A stretch of DNA of 64,000 nt from Halocatena marina (lineage in GTDB: Archaea > Halobacteriota > Halobacteria > Halobacteriales > Haloarculaceae): NCBI RefSeq assembly GCF_023276375.1, contig NZ_JALLPK010000001.1:3721391-3785390 (forward strand), in the 5' to 3' direction. Both the position numbers and the translations under genes were made by a program. The notes under the pieces are model-generated. The model was not told the DNA's origin and ran no database searches. It worked only from the letters and a program-made list of their open reading frames with translations. Shown in pieces: positions 49,157 to 59,224 of the stretch. Position 1 is the stretch's first letter; the number at the start of each line of letters is the position of its first letter.

Positions 49157-50496
49157 CCGACGAACCGTACGACCTCGTTGGCATTGGTCTCGGTCCGTTC
49201 AATCTCGGTCTCGCGTCTCTCCTTGAAGACTGGGACCTCGACGTTGTGTTCCTCGAACAGCGCTCGGAGTTTTCGTGGCACGAAGGGATGCTCATCGAGG
49301 GAACGACGCTCGAAGTGCCGTTTCTCGCGGATCTCGTTACACTCGCGGATCCAACGAACCCCTACAGCTACCTCAACTATCTGCGGGAAACTGGACGAAT
49401 CTACGAATTTTACTTCTACGAGACGTTCCAGATTCCCCGAAGAGAGTACAACGACTACCTCAAGTGGGTCACAACGCGCCTCGATAACTGCCTGTTCAAT
49501 CGCCGGGTACAATCAGTGCGCTGGGAGCAAGAGGAGGAACTGTTTGTCATTACGGCCGTGCACCCCGACAGCGGGGAGGAGCATGAATACCGAGCCGCTG
49601 ACGTCGCACTCGGGATCGGGAGCCAGCCACAGATTCCCGATTCGCTACACGGTCACTCAGAAGACGTGTTTCACACAGCGGCGTATCGCTCACACCGGCA
49701 GCGGTGTCTCGATGCTGATTCAATTACGGTCGTCGGATCGGGCCAGAGCGCAGCTGAGGTCTTTTTGGATCTTCTCCAGCGCCAACCCGACGGTGAGTAC
49801 CGTCTCGATTGGCTCACCCGCTCTGAGGGATTTTTCCCGATGGAGTACTCGAAACTCGGACTCCAACATTTCACGCCGGAGTACACACAGTACGTCTACG
49901 AACTCGATCAGGACACCAAAGACGAACTCATTCCGGAGCAGGGGCTGTTGTATAAGGGGATTGACGTCAACACGAGTGCTGAGATATACGATCTCCTCTA
50001 TCGCCGATCGATCGGTGCCCGTGATCCGGACGTTGGTCTCTTCGCGATGACCGAAGTCTCGGACGTTCAGGCGACAGAAGATGGCTGTCGCCTGACTTGC
50101 GAGCAATGGCAGACTGAACAGTCATTTGTTCAGGAAAGCGATGTCGTCATTCTCGGAACTGGTTACGAACGCCCCGATCCCAGCTTTCTCGATCCACTCG
50201 AAACGCACATTGTGCGCGACGAGAGCGGTCGGTTCCGGATGAGCGAGGACTACCGCATCGAACTCGACGATGTTGCAGGCCGAGTGTTCGTCCAAAACGC
50301 CGAGTTACACACTCACGGCGTCGGTGCGCCGGATCTCGGACTCGGCTGTTACCGAAACACGCGGATTATCAATCAACTCCTCGGGCACAAAGCCTACTCG
50401 GTAGACACCGATACTGTCTATCAAGATTTCTCCGTCGAGCGGTTTCTTGAACACGCCCCCGGTGCTTCCCGAGACCAGGGTCAGCCTCAAAACTGA
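49153..50496 (+). CDS. iucD: Lysine/ornithine/diaminopropane N-monooxygenase (IucD/RhbE/SidA family flavoprotein)
   Basis: FAD motif VGIGLGPFNLGLA, NADPH motif VVGSGQSAAE and a C-terminal LGTGY motif. K_oxygenase family. Confidence 0.85.
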   Translation: MTDEPYDLVGIGLGPFNLGLASLLEDWDLDVVFLEQRSEFSWHEGMLIEGTTLEVPFLADLVTLADPTNPYSYLNYLRETGRIYEFYFYETFQIPRREYNDYLKWVTTRLDNCLFNRRVQSVRWEQEEELFVITAVHPDSGEEHEYRAADVALGIGSQPQIPDSLHGHSEDVFHTAAYRSHRQRCLDADSITVVGSGQSAAEVFLDLLQRQPDGEYRLDWLTRSEGFFPMEYSKLGLQHFTPEYTQYVYELDQDTKDELIPEQGLLYKGIDVNTSAEIYDLLYRRSIGARDPDVGLFAMTEVSDVQATEDGCRLTCEQWQTEQSFVQESDVVILGTGYERPDPSFLDPLETHIVRDESGRFRMSEDYRIELDDVAGRVFVQNAELHTHGVGAPDLGLGCYRNTRIINQLLGHKAYSVDTDTVYQDFSVERFLEHAPGASRDQGQPQN

Positions 50497-50647
50497 GAAC
50501 AGAGTCACTCTCAGGATGTAACAACATAAACCGACTGACGTACCCGCGCGAAGATGCGAGAACTAACAGAAATATTTGATGATAGCTTTCTACCGCTTCG
50601 TCATCAAGTGCACTCCACGAGATTGCAACCGATTTACGACCGACAGA

Positions 50648-51262
50648 TCACCACTCTATTCGGTACGCCTCGGCGTCGATCGTTCGTTTGTCGGTCGTAT
50701 GGAAATGGAACTGTCGCGGGAGATCGAGATCGACGGCGAACGCGTGGGTAACGGTTCCTCCGTGATCGTCAGCGAACGCCTCGATGAACGCGTGGCTCCC
50801 ATCGTTGTGTATCGAGTAGGAGACGGTTGCGATATCAGACGTTGCACGGAGGAACGCCCGATCTGCGTGCGCTCGTCCTTGTTGTGCGCCAAATGGCGGA
50901 TTCATCAGGACTGTAACCGGTTCATCCAAACAGAGTGGGAGACGGGTTGCATCACCGCGTATCCACGCTGGTGTCACTGGGGGCGTAACGCAGTGCTCGT
51001 TTTCGCGGGCCGACGAGAGCGCACGCTCATCGCGGTCGATACCGACGATTTTGCTCGCTCCACTCAGCGCCGCACCGAGCGCCAGCATCCCTGTTCCGGT
51101 TCCAAGATCGACGACAGTATTTGCAAGATCTCCGTGTGTGCCCGCGAGATGAATGAGATGGGCAGCGATATCCGCCGGCGTCGGATACTGCTCGAACTCG
51201 ATGCGTGGCTCCTCGAAGCCAGCGACCGCCGATAGTTCGCGTTCGAGCGCACCCCGTCGCAT
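50648..51262 (-). CDS. METTL5/RsmD-like N6-adenine methyltransferase (putative RNA methylase)
   Basis: SAM motif VVDLGTGTGMLALGAAL and catalytic NPPF in VLMNPPFGAQ. About 204 aa. Confidence 0.75.
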   Translation of the reverse strand: MRRGALERELSAVAGFEEPRIEFEQYPTPADIAAHLIHLAGTHGDLANTVVDLGTGTGMLALGAALSGASKIVGIDRDERALSSARENEHCVTPPVTPAWIRGDATRLPLCLDEPVTVLMNPPFGAQQGRAHADRAFLRATSDIATVSYSIHNDGSHAFIEAFADDHGGTVTHAFAVDLDLPRQFHFHTTDKRTIDAEAYRIEW

Positions 51263-51353
51263 AGCACGCCTAGTATTGGGACGAATAAAAGCAACTGCAA
51301 ATTAGACACACAACCCAGCCACAACTGCGACTCGATCCGAGTGGTAGCGACAG

Positions 51354-52391
51354 TCACCACGTTCCGTGGAACGTATCGAACGAGAGATCTTCGAGGGGTG
51401 CGTTGCCGACAGCGATCTCGTATTCGCCCGGCGTGAGCATCGGCTTGTGGAACTGTGGTCCGTCGTCAGTTGTGATGCGTGGACAGCCGGTGTTCACGAA
51501 CGCATCGAAACCGAAGTTTCGCAGGCGATCTGGTGTCACTTCGTCCATCGTGAGGAGGTAGGCGTTGTCGTTGTTCTCGACAATTTCTATCGCGGTCTCC
51601 CACCGTCCCTGTCCGATTTTCGTACAGAAGACGACGCCCCATGTTTCGGCATCCATCGCCCGGTGAACAGCTCCGTAGCGTTGCTTCATGAACTTCTCTG
51701 TGTCGGCGATCGTGACGACGTTGTTCACTGGATCGGCGATCACGACCCGTTTCTCGGGGTGTTCCATCGCAAGACCGAGCGGATGGAACTTCCCGCCGCC
51801 CACATAGAGGATCTGTTCGGCATCAATATCTGCACTCGCGTAGTTACAGCCCAGCACCTGTCCCTCGTGGGTGAGGCGTTCGTCGCCACGGCGCGTATGA
51901 ACCGTGTAGCCCCGCTCTTCGAGCCACGAGCGCATCTCGTCGAATCGGTTCATGTGCTGGGCGGTCGTGACGAGGCCGACCTCCTCTTCAGGGAGCTTTT
52001 CGAGCGCTTCCTCCATGATGGGAGCCACCTCCACGTTCGAGAACAGCGGGACGTAGATGATTTTATCCGACTCCTTCATCGGCGAGTGACCGAAGTGAAC
52101 GAACACGTCCGTCCGGCGCAGCAAGTACGTATCGAGATCACACGCACCGTAACACGGCTGCCCCGAAATCATGATGCTGACGTCGTCGCCGAGTAACTCC
52201 CCGAGATCGTCCGCGACAGCCGATCCACGTCGTTTCAGTCCTTCTGGAAACTGTAGGCCAACCGTCGTGGCGTCTCGCTCTTCGCATGCCTCGACGATAC
52301 GCTCGAGTTCGTAATCCCACTCGCGATCGTGTTTGAGCGACAACCCCGTCTTTCGGAGATCACCCTCCGAGAACTCCGATCCGTGACTCAT
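51354..52391 (-). CDS. dph2: Diphthamide biosynthesis enzyme Dph2 (2-(3-amino-3-carboxypropyl)histidine synthase, radical-SAM-like)
   Basis: 345 aa archaeal Dph2, with the three conserved Cys (one per domain) that bind the 4Fe-4S cluster: GQPCYGACDL, GCNYASAD and NTGCPRITTDD. Confidence 0.9.
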   Translation of the reverse strand: MSHGSEFSEGDLRKTGLSLKHDREWDYELERIVEACEERDATTVGLQFPEGLKRRGSAVADDLGELLGDDVSIMISGQPCYGACDLDTYLLRRTDVFVHFGHSPMKESDKIIYVPLFSNVEVAPIMEEALEKLPEEEVGLVTTAQHMNRFDEMRSWLEERGYTVHTRRGDERLTHEGQVLGCNYASADIDAEQILYVGGGKFHPLGLAMEHPEKRVVIADPVNNVVTIADTEKFMKQRYGAVHRAMDAETWGVVFCTKIGQGRWETAIEIVENNDNAYLLTMDEVTPDRLRNFGFDAFVNTGCPRITTDDGPQFHKPMLTPGEYEIAVGNAPLEDLSFDTFHGTW

Positions 52392-52664
52392 TATACGATG
52401 CAGTGGATCAGTGCGGATAACGCGTGCGGTTCAACGATCGTTCGGTTCTCACTTTGCTTTCACTGAAGGTGTTGTGTCGTCGTGCTCTGGTGCTTCACTG
52501 TATGATTGGTTCACGTTTCTCGCGTTCTGAACGCTCGGTCCGAGCAGAAAATGAGCAAAATTTGGAATATACACCAAGTTCACTTCTCCGTTCAAGTAGC
52601 AGGCCGAATTTGGGGGAGGGTCATTTTTCGCCACACCTAAACCATCTCGCTTCCAACTGCGAGT

Positions 52665-53066
52665 ATGAGCACCGACACGACGCCGGATGTCGAGACGATG
52701 CCCGAAACGACGGCGACGGAGTTGGCGAGTGATCTGGGGGAGGCGATCACACAACTTCCGACTTACCAGCGATTCCTCGAAGCCAAGGAGGCCGTTGAGG
52801 AGAGCGAAGAAGCCCAGGAGAAAGTCCAACAGTTCGAACAACAGCGCGAGGAGTTCATGCTCGCACGCCAGACCGGCAGCGCAACCAATCAGGACCTCCG
52901 GGAGCTACAGGCCGCCCAAGAAGAGCTTCACGACATCCCAGTCATGAGTGAGTTCCTCGAAGTGCAATCGGAACTCGAACTCACACTACAGGAACTCAAC
53001 GAAACGATTTCTGAGCCGTTGGCAATTGATTTCGGCGAGAAATCCGGCGGCTGCTGTCAAGACTGA
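52665..53066 (+). CDS. YlbF/YmcA-like (UPF0342) protein
   Basis: 133 aa helical protein. LPTYQRFLEAKEAVEESEEAQEKVQQFEQQREEF...ELHDIPVMSEFLEVQSELELTLQEL matches the YheA/YmcA coiled-coil family. C-terminal GGCCQD. Confidence 0.5.
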   Translation: MSTDTTPDVETMPETTATELASDLGEAITQLPTYQRFLEAKEAVEESEEAQEKVQQFEQQREEFMLARQTGSATNQDLRELQAAQEELHDIPVMSEFLEVQSELELTLQELNETISEPLAIDFGEKSGGCCQD

Positions 53067-53097
53067 GTGTTCAGTCTCAATCTCCGTGCGCACCGTT

Positions 53098-53658
53098 TCA
53101 GAGAGAGGGGACCGTAAACTCGTACGGCAGATCCTCCTTCCGTGCGGTGTCGAGAACGCGCCTCATGAACTGTGTTTTTCCCTTGGAGTAGGCACTGAGA
53201 TCATCGTGCGTGTCGGACAGATCACGCTTTAGCTCCTCGTACTCACGACAGAGGTCGGGATACATCCGGAGAACGTCGCGTGTAACAACACTGATCTTCC
53301 ATCTGTCACTCGATACGGCGAAGACGTGATCGTTGAACCGTTGACCGTTTTCCACGCGAAAGACAGGCTGCCACTGATCTGAATTTTTCACACGTTTGCC
53401 GCCCCATTCGGCTTCGAGCGCCAGTGAGACATCGCTCACTGTACCATCGTTGACGATGATATCGAGATCGACGATATCTTTCGCCGCGAGGTCGGGGACG
53501 GCAGTCGAGCCAACGTGTTCGATTCGCTCAATGTGCGCGTCAAGTGCATGCGTCGAAAGCGCCGTACGGATACGATCGCGCTCTCCGGTGAATTGCTCGC
53601 ACCATTCTTCATAATTAGATGACACGAGTTCGATTGGATCGTCGTCCACATCGACCAT
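53098..53658 (-). CDS. GrpB family protein (nucleotidyltransferase-fold)
   Basis: IEHVGSTAVPDLAAKDIVDLDIIV is the GrpB/DUF hallmark (hGS motif plus a DxD-like motif). Confidence 0.8.
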   Translation of the reverse strand: MVDVDDDPIELVSSNYEEWCEQFTGERDRIRTALSTHALDAHIERIEHVGSTAVPDLAAKDIVDLDIIVNDGTVSDVSLALEAEWGGKRVKNSDQWQPVFRVENGQRFNDHVFAVSSDRWKISVVTRDVLRMYPDLCREYEELKRDLSDTHDDLSAYSKGKTQFMRRVLDTARKEDLPYEFTVPSL

Positions 53659-53773
53659 TATCTCACCAACTACTGAGGCGTACTTCAGCTTGGTCGAACT
53701 GTGTTAGGTGCTATCATGGGAAACGAGTGTGCGCGACAGGCCGTCTGATGCGGTATCGGACGATTTGGCGTTC

Positions 53774-56428
53774 TTACTGTGCCCATTCTAACAGCCGTTC
53801 ATAAAACGGGTCGCTTCGAAGCGTGTCCGCATCTCCCACGAGACAGAGTGCTTTTTTCGCCCGCGTGAGCGCGACGTTTACCCGTCTGCGGTCCTCGAAG
53901 ATCGGGCTGTCGAGCGATTCGGTAGCAACGAACGAAACGATGATGACCTCCCGCGAGGAGCCTTGAAAGCGATCAACTGTATCGACCGTGATCTCATCTG
54001 GAACGCGCTGTGTAATCGCAGCCACCTGTGCGCGAAACGGGGCGATGACGCCGATCTCTTCAGAGCTGACGCCCACTTCCCTGTATGTGTCGACGATTTC
54101 TGCGACTCGCTCTGCTTCGATCGGATTCACGTTCCCGTTCTCTCTCCCATCAGGATCGACGAACGAGACCGCATCGTGGAGTTCAGTTGGAAGCTCATCT
54201 GTCGAAACGGTTGGAAGCTCATCAAGTCGCTGGCCGGCGATCGCCGGTGTTGCCGGCCGCAGTTCACCGTCGTAAAACGCATCCGATGAAAAATACTGGA
54301 TGCGCTGGGCCATCCGATACTGGCGATCGAGCGTGACCGATGCGTCCGGAAAGCGTTCGATGAGCCGTTCGAACAGCGAGGTGTCAAGGTCGGTGTCGGC
54401 TCTGACGACCGGTGGGAGCTGTTGGTGATCGCCGACAAGGACGAACCGCTCTGCGAGGTTGATGGCAGCGAGTGTTCCTGGTTCGGTGAGTTGACTCGCT
54501 TCATCGACGATGGCTACGTCGAACTCACACTCTTGCAACACGGACGAACCACACGCAGCAGCCGTCGCAGCCACGACGGGAGCGTTCTGGAGCTTCGTGA
54601 CCCGTTCTGTTGGATCACCTCGATAGTCAAAGCGGGCCTCCTGCATCGACGGACTAACGCTGTGCTCAGATCCGATTCTGATGAACGCATCGAAGCCCTG
54701 CTCGTCGAGACATTCGAGCGCGTTGTCGACGGCTCGGTTCGTAAACGCCGCCAACAGAACCCGATCGCCCTGTTCACAGAGCGCGCGCACTGTTTGTGCA
54801 AGCGTGTACGTCTTTCCAGTCCCGGGTGGGCCGTGGATGAGCGCACAGTCGTCGGCCGTCACCGCTAGCTTCACGGCACGATTCTGCGCCGCGTTGTTCT
54901 CGATGAACGTCTCGTCACTCTCGCCGAACGACGGCTCACGACGCCCGAAGAGGATGTCTTTCCGGTGGCTGTCTCCTTTCAGAACAGTGTCGTGAATTGC
55001 CGTTTGCAACACGTTGAGGCCGTAATCAGAGGGATACACGTCGAGACGACGGAGTTCGACCGGTTCGTCCGCCGTCACGACGATTTCACTGTCGAGCCGA
55101 ATGACTCGGGCAAGTTCTGCGTCGCCACGTGTTGGGTGGCCGTCGCTCGCCAGAACAACGTCACCCTCACGTATCTTAGAGACAGCGTCGGTTCCCTGCG
55201 CGCGAAGTTCCCACGTTCCGTCCGCTCGCTGGTCGTGCCCGAGTGGCTCGAGATCGATGAGTGCTCTGTCGTCGTCTGCGCGCTCTGAGGCTGATTGGGT
55301 CCACAGCTTCACGTACTCGCGGTGAATCTCACGGCGTTCGGCCTCAATTGCACGATACAGCCGCTCGAAATACTCGCGCTCTTCGTCGGAAACGGAATCG
55401 CCAATCGCACCGGCTTTTGATTCCTGATCGAGCCGCCCCGCAACGACCATGCAGGTGTCGCGCACGAAGCAGTACTCACAGACTGCATTGCTTTCCTTGC
55501 CTGTTGGAACCGACAGGTCGTACTCCATGGCGGCAAGCTCGTTTCGTGCACGAACCACGAATTCGAGAAGTCCAGATCCGATCGAGAAGTCCTTCGCTGG
55601 TGAGAGATCCCCCGACGCTTCTGCGCGGTCAATCGCCGAGTTCTTCGTATACAGCAGCGTTCCCGTATCGGGTGCTGTTTCGTCGTGTTCTCCGAGTAAG
55701 AGCGCATAACAGGTCGCCTGTACTTTATCTTCGAACCGTGGTTCTGATTTGGTGTTCTTCCCCGTCTTGAGCTCGACCGGTACACCACGTCTAACGGCGT
55801 CTGCACGACCCTTGATGGCGAACGTCTCACTGATCAGCGTCTGTTCTGATCGCCACTCGTCTTGTTCTGTGAGCCTCCCCTGTTCGAGCCAGCCCTCGAT
55901 GGCTCGCGCGTTGGCTCTGACGTCGCCCGCGACAGATTCGGCATCACGCCCGAGCAGCCCGAGCTTCAGCCCCGCGTCCGCGACCTGATCCTCGATTGAT
56001 GCATCGAGGTCTCGCTCTCGGAGCAAGTCGCCAAACACCTCGTGGACGAGCGATCCCTTCACGAGCGGATAGGAGAGTGATGCACTCGTGAACTTATTCA
56101 GGTAGTACTGGCGCGGACACTGCACCCACTCGCGGATGTCGGTCACGTTGACCAGAAACTCCGGTTCAACAATAACGTACGACTCACGCGTAGTGGAATA
56201 CTGTGTCTCACCCTGAAATTCGCGCGCTTCCGGCTCGGTCACGCGGATCGACATCCCGGATTCGAGCAGCTCGGCCGTCTCGACCCACGATCCCCACAGA
56301 GTAACTGTCACAGGTGCACCCGCTCCCCGCTCCGGACGCATCGTCACTTCAGCGAGCTCGCGGCTGCCGTGGCGTGTGCTCACTGTCTTCGGTTCATCAA
56401 CGCTGACGACAGGGCCGCAAAGCGTCAC
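53774..56428 (-). CDS. dna2: Dna2-like nuclease/SF1B helicase (DNA2/NAM7 family)
   Basis: N-terminal OB-like region and a PD-(D/E)xK nuclease domain with Cys cluster (EWVQCPRQYYLNKF...CEYCFVRDTC). C-terminal SF1 helicase with Walker A ALIHGPPGTGKTYT, Walker B VAIVDEASQL and motif VI VALTRAKKAL. Confidence 0.75.
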   Translation of the reverse strand: MTLCGPVVSVDEPKTVSTRHGSRELAEVTMRPERGAGAPVTVTLWGSWVETAELLESGMSIRVTEPEAREFQGETQYSTTRESYVIVEPEFLVNVTDIREWVQCPRQYYLNKFTSASLSYPLVKGSLVHEVFGDLLRERDLDASIEDQVADAGLKLGLLGRDAESVAGDVRANARAIEGWLEQGRLTEQDEWRSEQTLISETFAIKGRADAVRRGVPVELKTGKNTKSEPRFEDKVQATCYALLLGEHDETAPDTGTLLYTKNSAIDRAEASGDLSPAKDFSIGSGLLEFVVRARNELAAMEYDLSVPTGKESNAVCEYCFVRDTCMVVAGRLDQESKAGAIGDSVSDEEREYFERLYRAIEAERREIHREYVKLWTQSASERADDDRALIDLEPLGHDQRADGTWELRAQGTDAVSKIREGDVVLASDGHPTRGDAELARVIRLDSEIVVTADEPVELRRLDVYPSDYGLNVLQTAIHDTVLKGDSHRKDILFGRREPSFGESDETFIENNAAQNRAVKLAVTADDCALIHGPPGTGKTYTLAQTVRALCEQGDRVLLAAFTNRAVDNALECLDEQGFDAFIRIGSEHSVSPSMQEARFDYRGDPTERVTKLQNAPVVAATAAACGSSVLQECEFDVAIVDEASQLTEPGTLAAINLAERFVLVGDHQQLPPVVRADTDLDTSLFERLIERFPDASVTLDRQYRMAQRIQYFSSDAFYDGELRPATPAIAGQRLDELPTVSTDELPTELHDAVSFVDPDGRENGNVNPIEAERVAEIVDTYREVGVSSEEIGVIAPFRAQVAAITQRVPDEITVDTVDRFQGSSREVIIVSFVATESLDSPIFEDRRRVNVALTRAKKALCLVGDADTLRSDPFYERLLEWAQ

Positions 56429-56552
56429 ACCCGAACTGGAACGGCCACTCGAAAAGAGGGTGTCGGTTGCAGAAGTTTGGACCGTCAGTTCCTCGCCGGC
56501 ACGAGACGCAGGCTCGCGTAACCGTTATTCTCCTGACTCTGTAAGCCGATAT

Positions 56553-57539
56553 ATGGACTGTGACAAGTGTGGCGATCAGGCAGTGATGAACGCCGCGTAC
56601 TCTGGCCTGCATCTCTGTGAGCGCCACTTCTTTCGCTCGGTCGAAAAGCGCGTCAGACGGCGCATTCGAGAGGATGCACTCATTGGTGATGATGCATCGC
56701 CCGAAACGCCAGAGAATTGGGTCATCGGTCTCTCCGGTGGAAAAGATAGTGTTGTCCTCACGCACATTCTCAACGAAACGTTTGCGAACGATCCACGCAT
56801 CGAACTGATCGCCCTCACGATACACGAAGGCATCGAAGGCTACCGCGATGCGTCGCTAGAAGCGTGTCTCGATCTCACTGATGAAATCGACATTCGCCAC
56901 GAGGTCATCACCTACGAGGACGAGTTCGACCTCCAGATGGATGATGTGGCCGAAACGGATCCCGAGGGGATGGCTCCCTGTGCGTACTGTGGTGTTTTCC
57001 GTCGAGATATTCTCTCTCGGTATGCAGAACAGTTCGAGGCGGATAAGCTCTTTACCGGCCACAACCTCGATGACGAGACCCAAACCGCGCTGATGAATAT
57101 TTTCGAAGGTGATGTTGCACAGATTGCAAAACACTTCGACGCCAGTCTCGGCCGCTTTGAGCATCCGAACAACGACGGACGGACGCGCACCGAAACAGAG
57201 GCGTTCATTCCGCGCGCAAAACCCCTTCGAGACATTCCCGAAAAGGAAATCGCACTCTATGCGCACCTGAAAGATCTCCCGGTACATATGGCAGAATGTC
57301 CACACGCGAGCGAAGCGTACCGAGGTGAGATCCAACAACTGCTGCTCTCTCTTGAAGAGAATCATCCTGGAACACGCCACTCAATCATGGCCGGCTACGA
57401 GGAACTCGCTGGTATTGCTGCCGAACAGTACCACGATGACGGTGGTCCCGAATTAAACGAGTGTGAACGCTGCGGTGCGTCGACAACCCAACAGCTTTGT
57501 CGGAAATGTCAACTAGTAGATGCAGTTCATGCTGCGTGA
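56553..57539 (+). CDS. ncsA: tRNA 2-thiolation protein NcsA (Ncs6/Ctu1/TtuA-family PP-loop ATPase)
   Basis: Start moved to MDCDKCGD (N-terminal zinc finger CDKCG...LCERHF). PP-loop GLSGGKDS and a C-terminal zinc finger CERCG...CRKC. The track ORF extends upstream into the divergent dna2 promoter region. Confidence 0.8.
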   Translation: MDCDKCGDQAVMNAAYSGLHLCERHFFRSVEKRVRRRIREDALIGDDASPETPENWVIGLSGGKDSVVLTHILNETFANDPRIELIALTIHEGIEGYRDASLEACLDLTDEIDIRHEVITYEDEFDLQMDDVAETDPEGMAPCAYCGVFRRDILSRYAEQFEADKLFTGHNLDDETQTALMNIFEGDVAQIAKHFDASLGRFEHPNNDGRTRTETEAFIPRAKPLRDIPEKEIALYAHLKDLPVHMAECPHASEAYRGEIQQLLLSLEENHPGTRHSIMAGYEELAGIAAEQYHDDGGPELNECERCGASTTQQLCRKCQLVDAVHAA

Positions 57540-57654
57540 TTTCTATTCGTCGGTCAAGAAACGACACACGTCATCCTACTGCCGTTAAATTTTAGAAACG
57601 ATTCATGACAGTACCGAAGTGTAGATCTCCTGTTTATTTTCTCTGGGAGATAGG

Positions 57655-58818
57655 TTATCTAATGACATCGAGACCATTGTTGGTCTCGATAGGATCCTGT
57701 CCGCCGTCGGATTGCGCGCTTCCGAACTCCGTTTCTGTCTCCGTGTTGACCTGATCCAGGGCAGCACGGCGTGAAGCATCTGCCTGCTTTTGTGTTGTTG
57801 GGCCGAGTATTTGGGCACTCTGAACGCCCGTCATGATCGCCATGACACGGACTTTGCCCTTGTACTCTTCTTGAATGCGCGCACCCCAAATGACGTTTGC
57901 GTGGGCTTCGAGTCGCTCGGTGATCCGTTGAGCGATTCCCTCAGCCTCCTTGAGTGTGAGGTCTGGACCGCCGGTAATGTGGACCAGCCCACCGGTTGCG
58001 CCTCGATAGTCGACATCGAGTAGTGGGTGGCTCATTGCGTCGCGGACGACCTCTTCGGTTTTGTTCTTATCCTGGGTCTCACCAACAAGCATGACTGCAA
58101 CACCACCTTGACCCATGATGGCGGTCATGTCTGCGTAGTCGAGATTGATGAGCGATGGTTGAGTAATCGTCTCGGAGATACCCTTGACTGTTTCGGCGAT
58201 GATCTGGTCCATCACCGAAAACGCCTTTCCAATCGGGAGATTTGGGACGTAATCGAGCAGCCGATTGTTATCGAGGACGATGATAGAGTCGGCCTCGTTA
58301 CGAAGCTGCTCGAGTCCCTCTTCTGCTTTGACGGTCCGTGCCCGTTCGACGTTGAACGGGGTTGAGACCATTCCGACGACGATCGCACCCAGCTCCTTTG
58401 CAACTTTCGAGACGACAGGTGCCGCCCCGGTGCCCGTGCCGCCACCCATGCCAGCCGTGACGAACACAAGGTCGGCACCCGAGAGAACATCTTTGACCGT
58501 TCCTCGAGCCATCTCTGTCGCGCGCTCGCCCATTGCGGGATCGCCACCCGCACCGAGTCCTTGCGTGAGTGTTTTACCGACGAGAACTTTCGTATCGGCC
58601 TCGATCATCTGTAGGTGCTGCTTGTCAGTATTGATCGCAACTGTGTCTGCACCTTCGACGCCAATATTGTAAAGCCGATTAACCGTATTGTTCCCTGCAC
58701 CGCCACAGCCAACGACAACAATACGAGGATCGCCGAACTCGTCGATGTTTCCCGCATCTGCCATCTCACGCTCTTCGTCCTCAGCGTGTTCGAGCGCGTC
58801 GTTGACGAGTTCTTGCAT
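57655..58818 (-). CDS. ftsZ2: Cell division GTPase FtsZ (type 2, by its cdrS-linked context)
   Basis: Tubulin signature [17 protein letters not shown]-binding GCGGAGNN, T7-loop NxDxxD-like region and an acidic C-terminal peptide. The ATG start was verified. ftsZ2 is assigned because the small RHH gene (cdrS) lies immediately upstream, as in Halobacterium and Haloferax. Confidence 0.9.
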   Translation of the reverse strand: MQELVNDALEHAEDEEREMADAGNIDEFGDPRIVVVGCGGAGNNTVNRLYNIGVEGADTVAINTDKQHLQMIEADTKVLVGKTLTQGLGAGGDPAMGERATEMARGTVKDVLSGADLVFVTAGMGGGTGTGAAPVVSKVAKELGAIVVGMVSTPFNVERARTVKAEEGLEQLRNEADSIIVLDNNRLLDYVPNLPIGKAFSVMDQIIAETVKGISETITQPSLINLDYADMTAIMGQGGVAVMLVGETQDKNKTEEVVRDAMSHPLLDVDYRGATGGLVHITGGPDLTLKEAEGIAQRITERLEAHANVIWGARIQEEYKGKVRVMAIMTGVQSAQILGPTTQKQADASRRAALDQVNTETETEFGSAQSDGGQDPIETNNGLDVIR

Positions 58819-58820
58819 CG

Positions 58821-59000
58821 TCAGGCACGCGCCCACGGACGCTTATTTTCCCGTCGTTGACGCTCCGCGTTCTCTTCGTTAATCATATCACGAACAGCGG
58901 ACCGAATCGCCTCGCTTCGGTTCGGGAACTCACCCGTTTCGACCAGCTGTTCCACTGCTTCGATCTGTTGTTTTGGAATCCGTAGTGTCACACGCTCCAT
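58821..59000 (-). CDS. cdrS: Ribbon-helix-helix (CopG-like) small protein, CdrS-like cell division regulator
   Basis: Start moved to [40 protein letters not shown], a canonical RHH. Its stop lies 3 nt upstream of the ftsZ start. Confidence 0.65.
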   Translation of the reverse strand: MERVTLRIPKQQIEAVEQLVETGEFPNRSEAIRSAVRDMINEENAERQRRENKRPWARA

Positions 59001-59009
59001 GGTTTTCCC

Positions 59010-59122
59010 CTTTCCGGTAAGACGATCAGACGCACGTCCGCCCCGCGTCTTACACGGCGAAATCACACGAAAGCGACCGAATCACTCCACACGATTCGCC
59101 GTGTAAGACGATCGTCTTACGC
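59010..59122. promoter_or_regulatory. Nested inverted repeats built from the octamer GTAAGACG/CGTCTTAC in the cdrL-cdrS spacer: four copies, including a perfect 18-bp palindrome GTAAGACGATCGTCTTAC and a 14-bp inverted pair CGTCTTACACGGCG...CGCCGTGTAAGACG
   Basis: Seen directly in the sequence. The position upstream of the cdrS-ftsZ2 transcription unit and downstream of cdrL suggests an operator or structured leader. Confidence 0.5.
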
Positions 59123-59224
59123 AGGTGTGTGCATTATCGCCGGTGTAATAAATCTTTGCCCTATGTATGACATTGCCGTCTGATACAGTGCAAATAGATC
59201 AGGAGATGGTGTAAAATTAAATAT

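Noticed and set aside
49178-50050. 290 aa + strand ORF in an alternative frame of the iucD region
   Set aside because: It is Ser/Arg-rich with low complexity. The in-frame IucD monooxygenase has FAD and NADPH motifs.
50576-51235. 219 aa + strand ORF
   Set aside because: It lies opposite the METTL5-like methyltransferase (clear SAM and NPPF motifs). It is Arg/Cys-rich and does not look like a real protein.
51366-52196. 276 aa + strand ORF
   Set aside because: Antisense of dph2.
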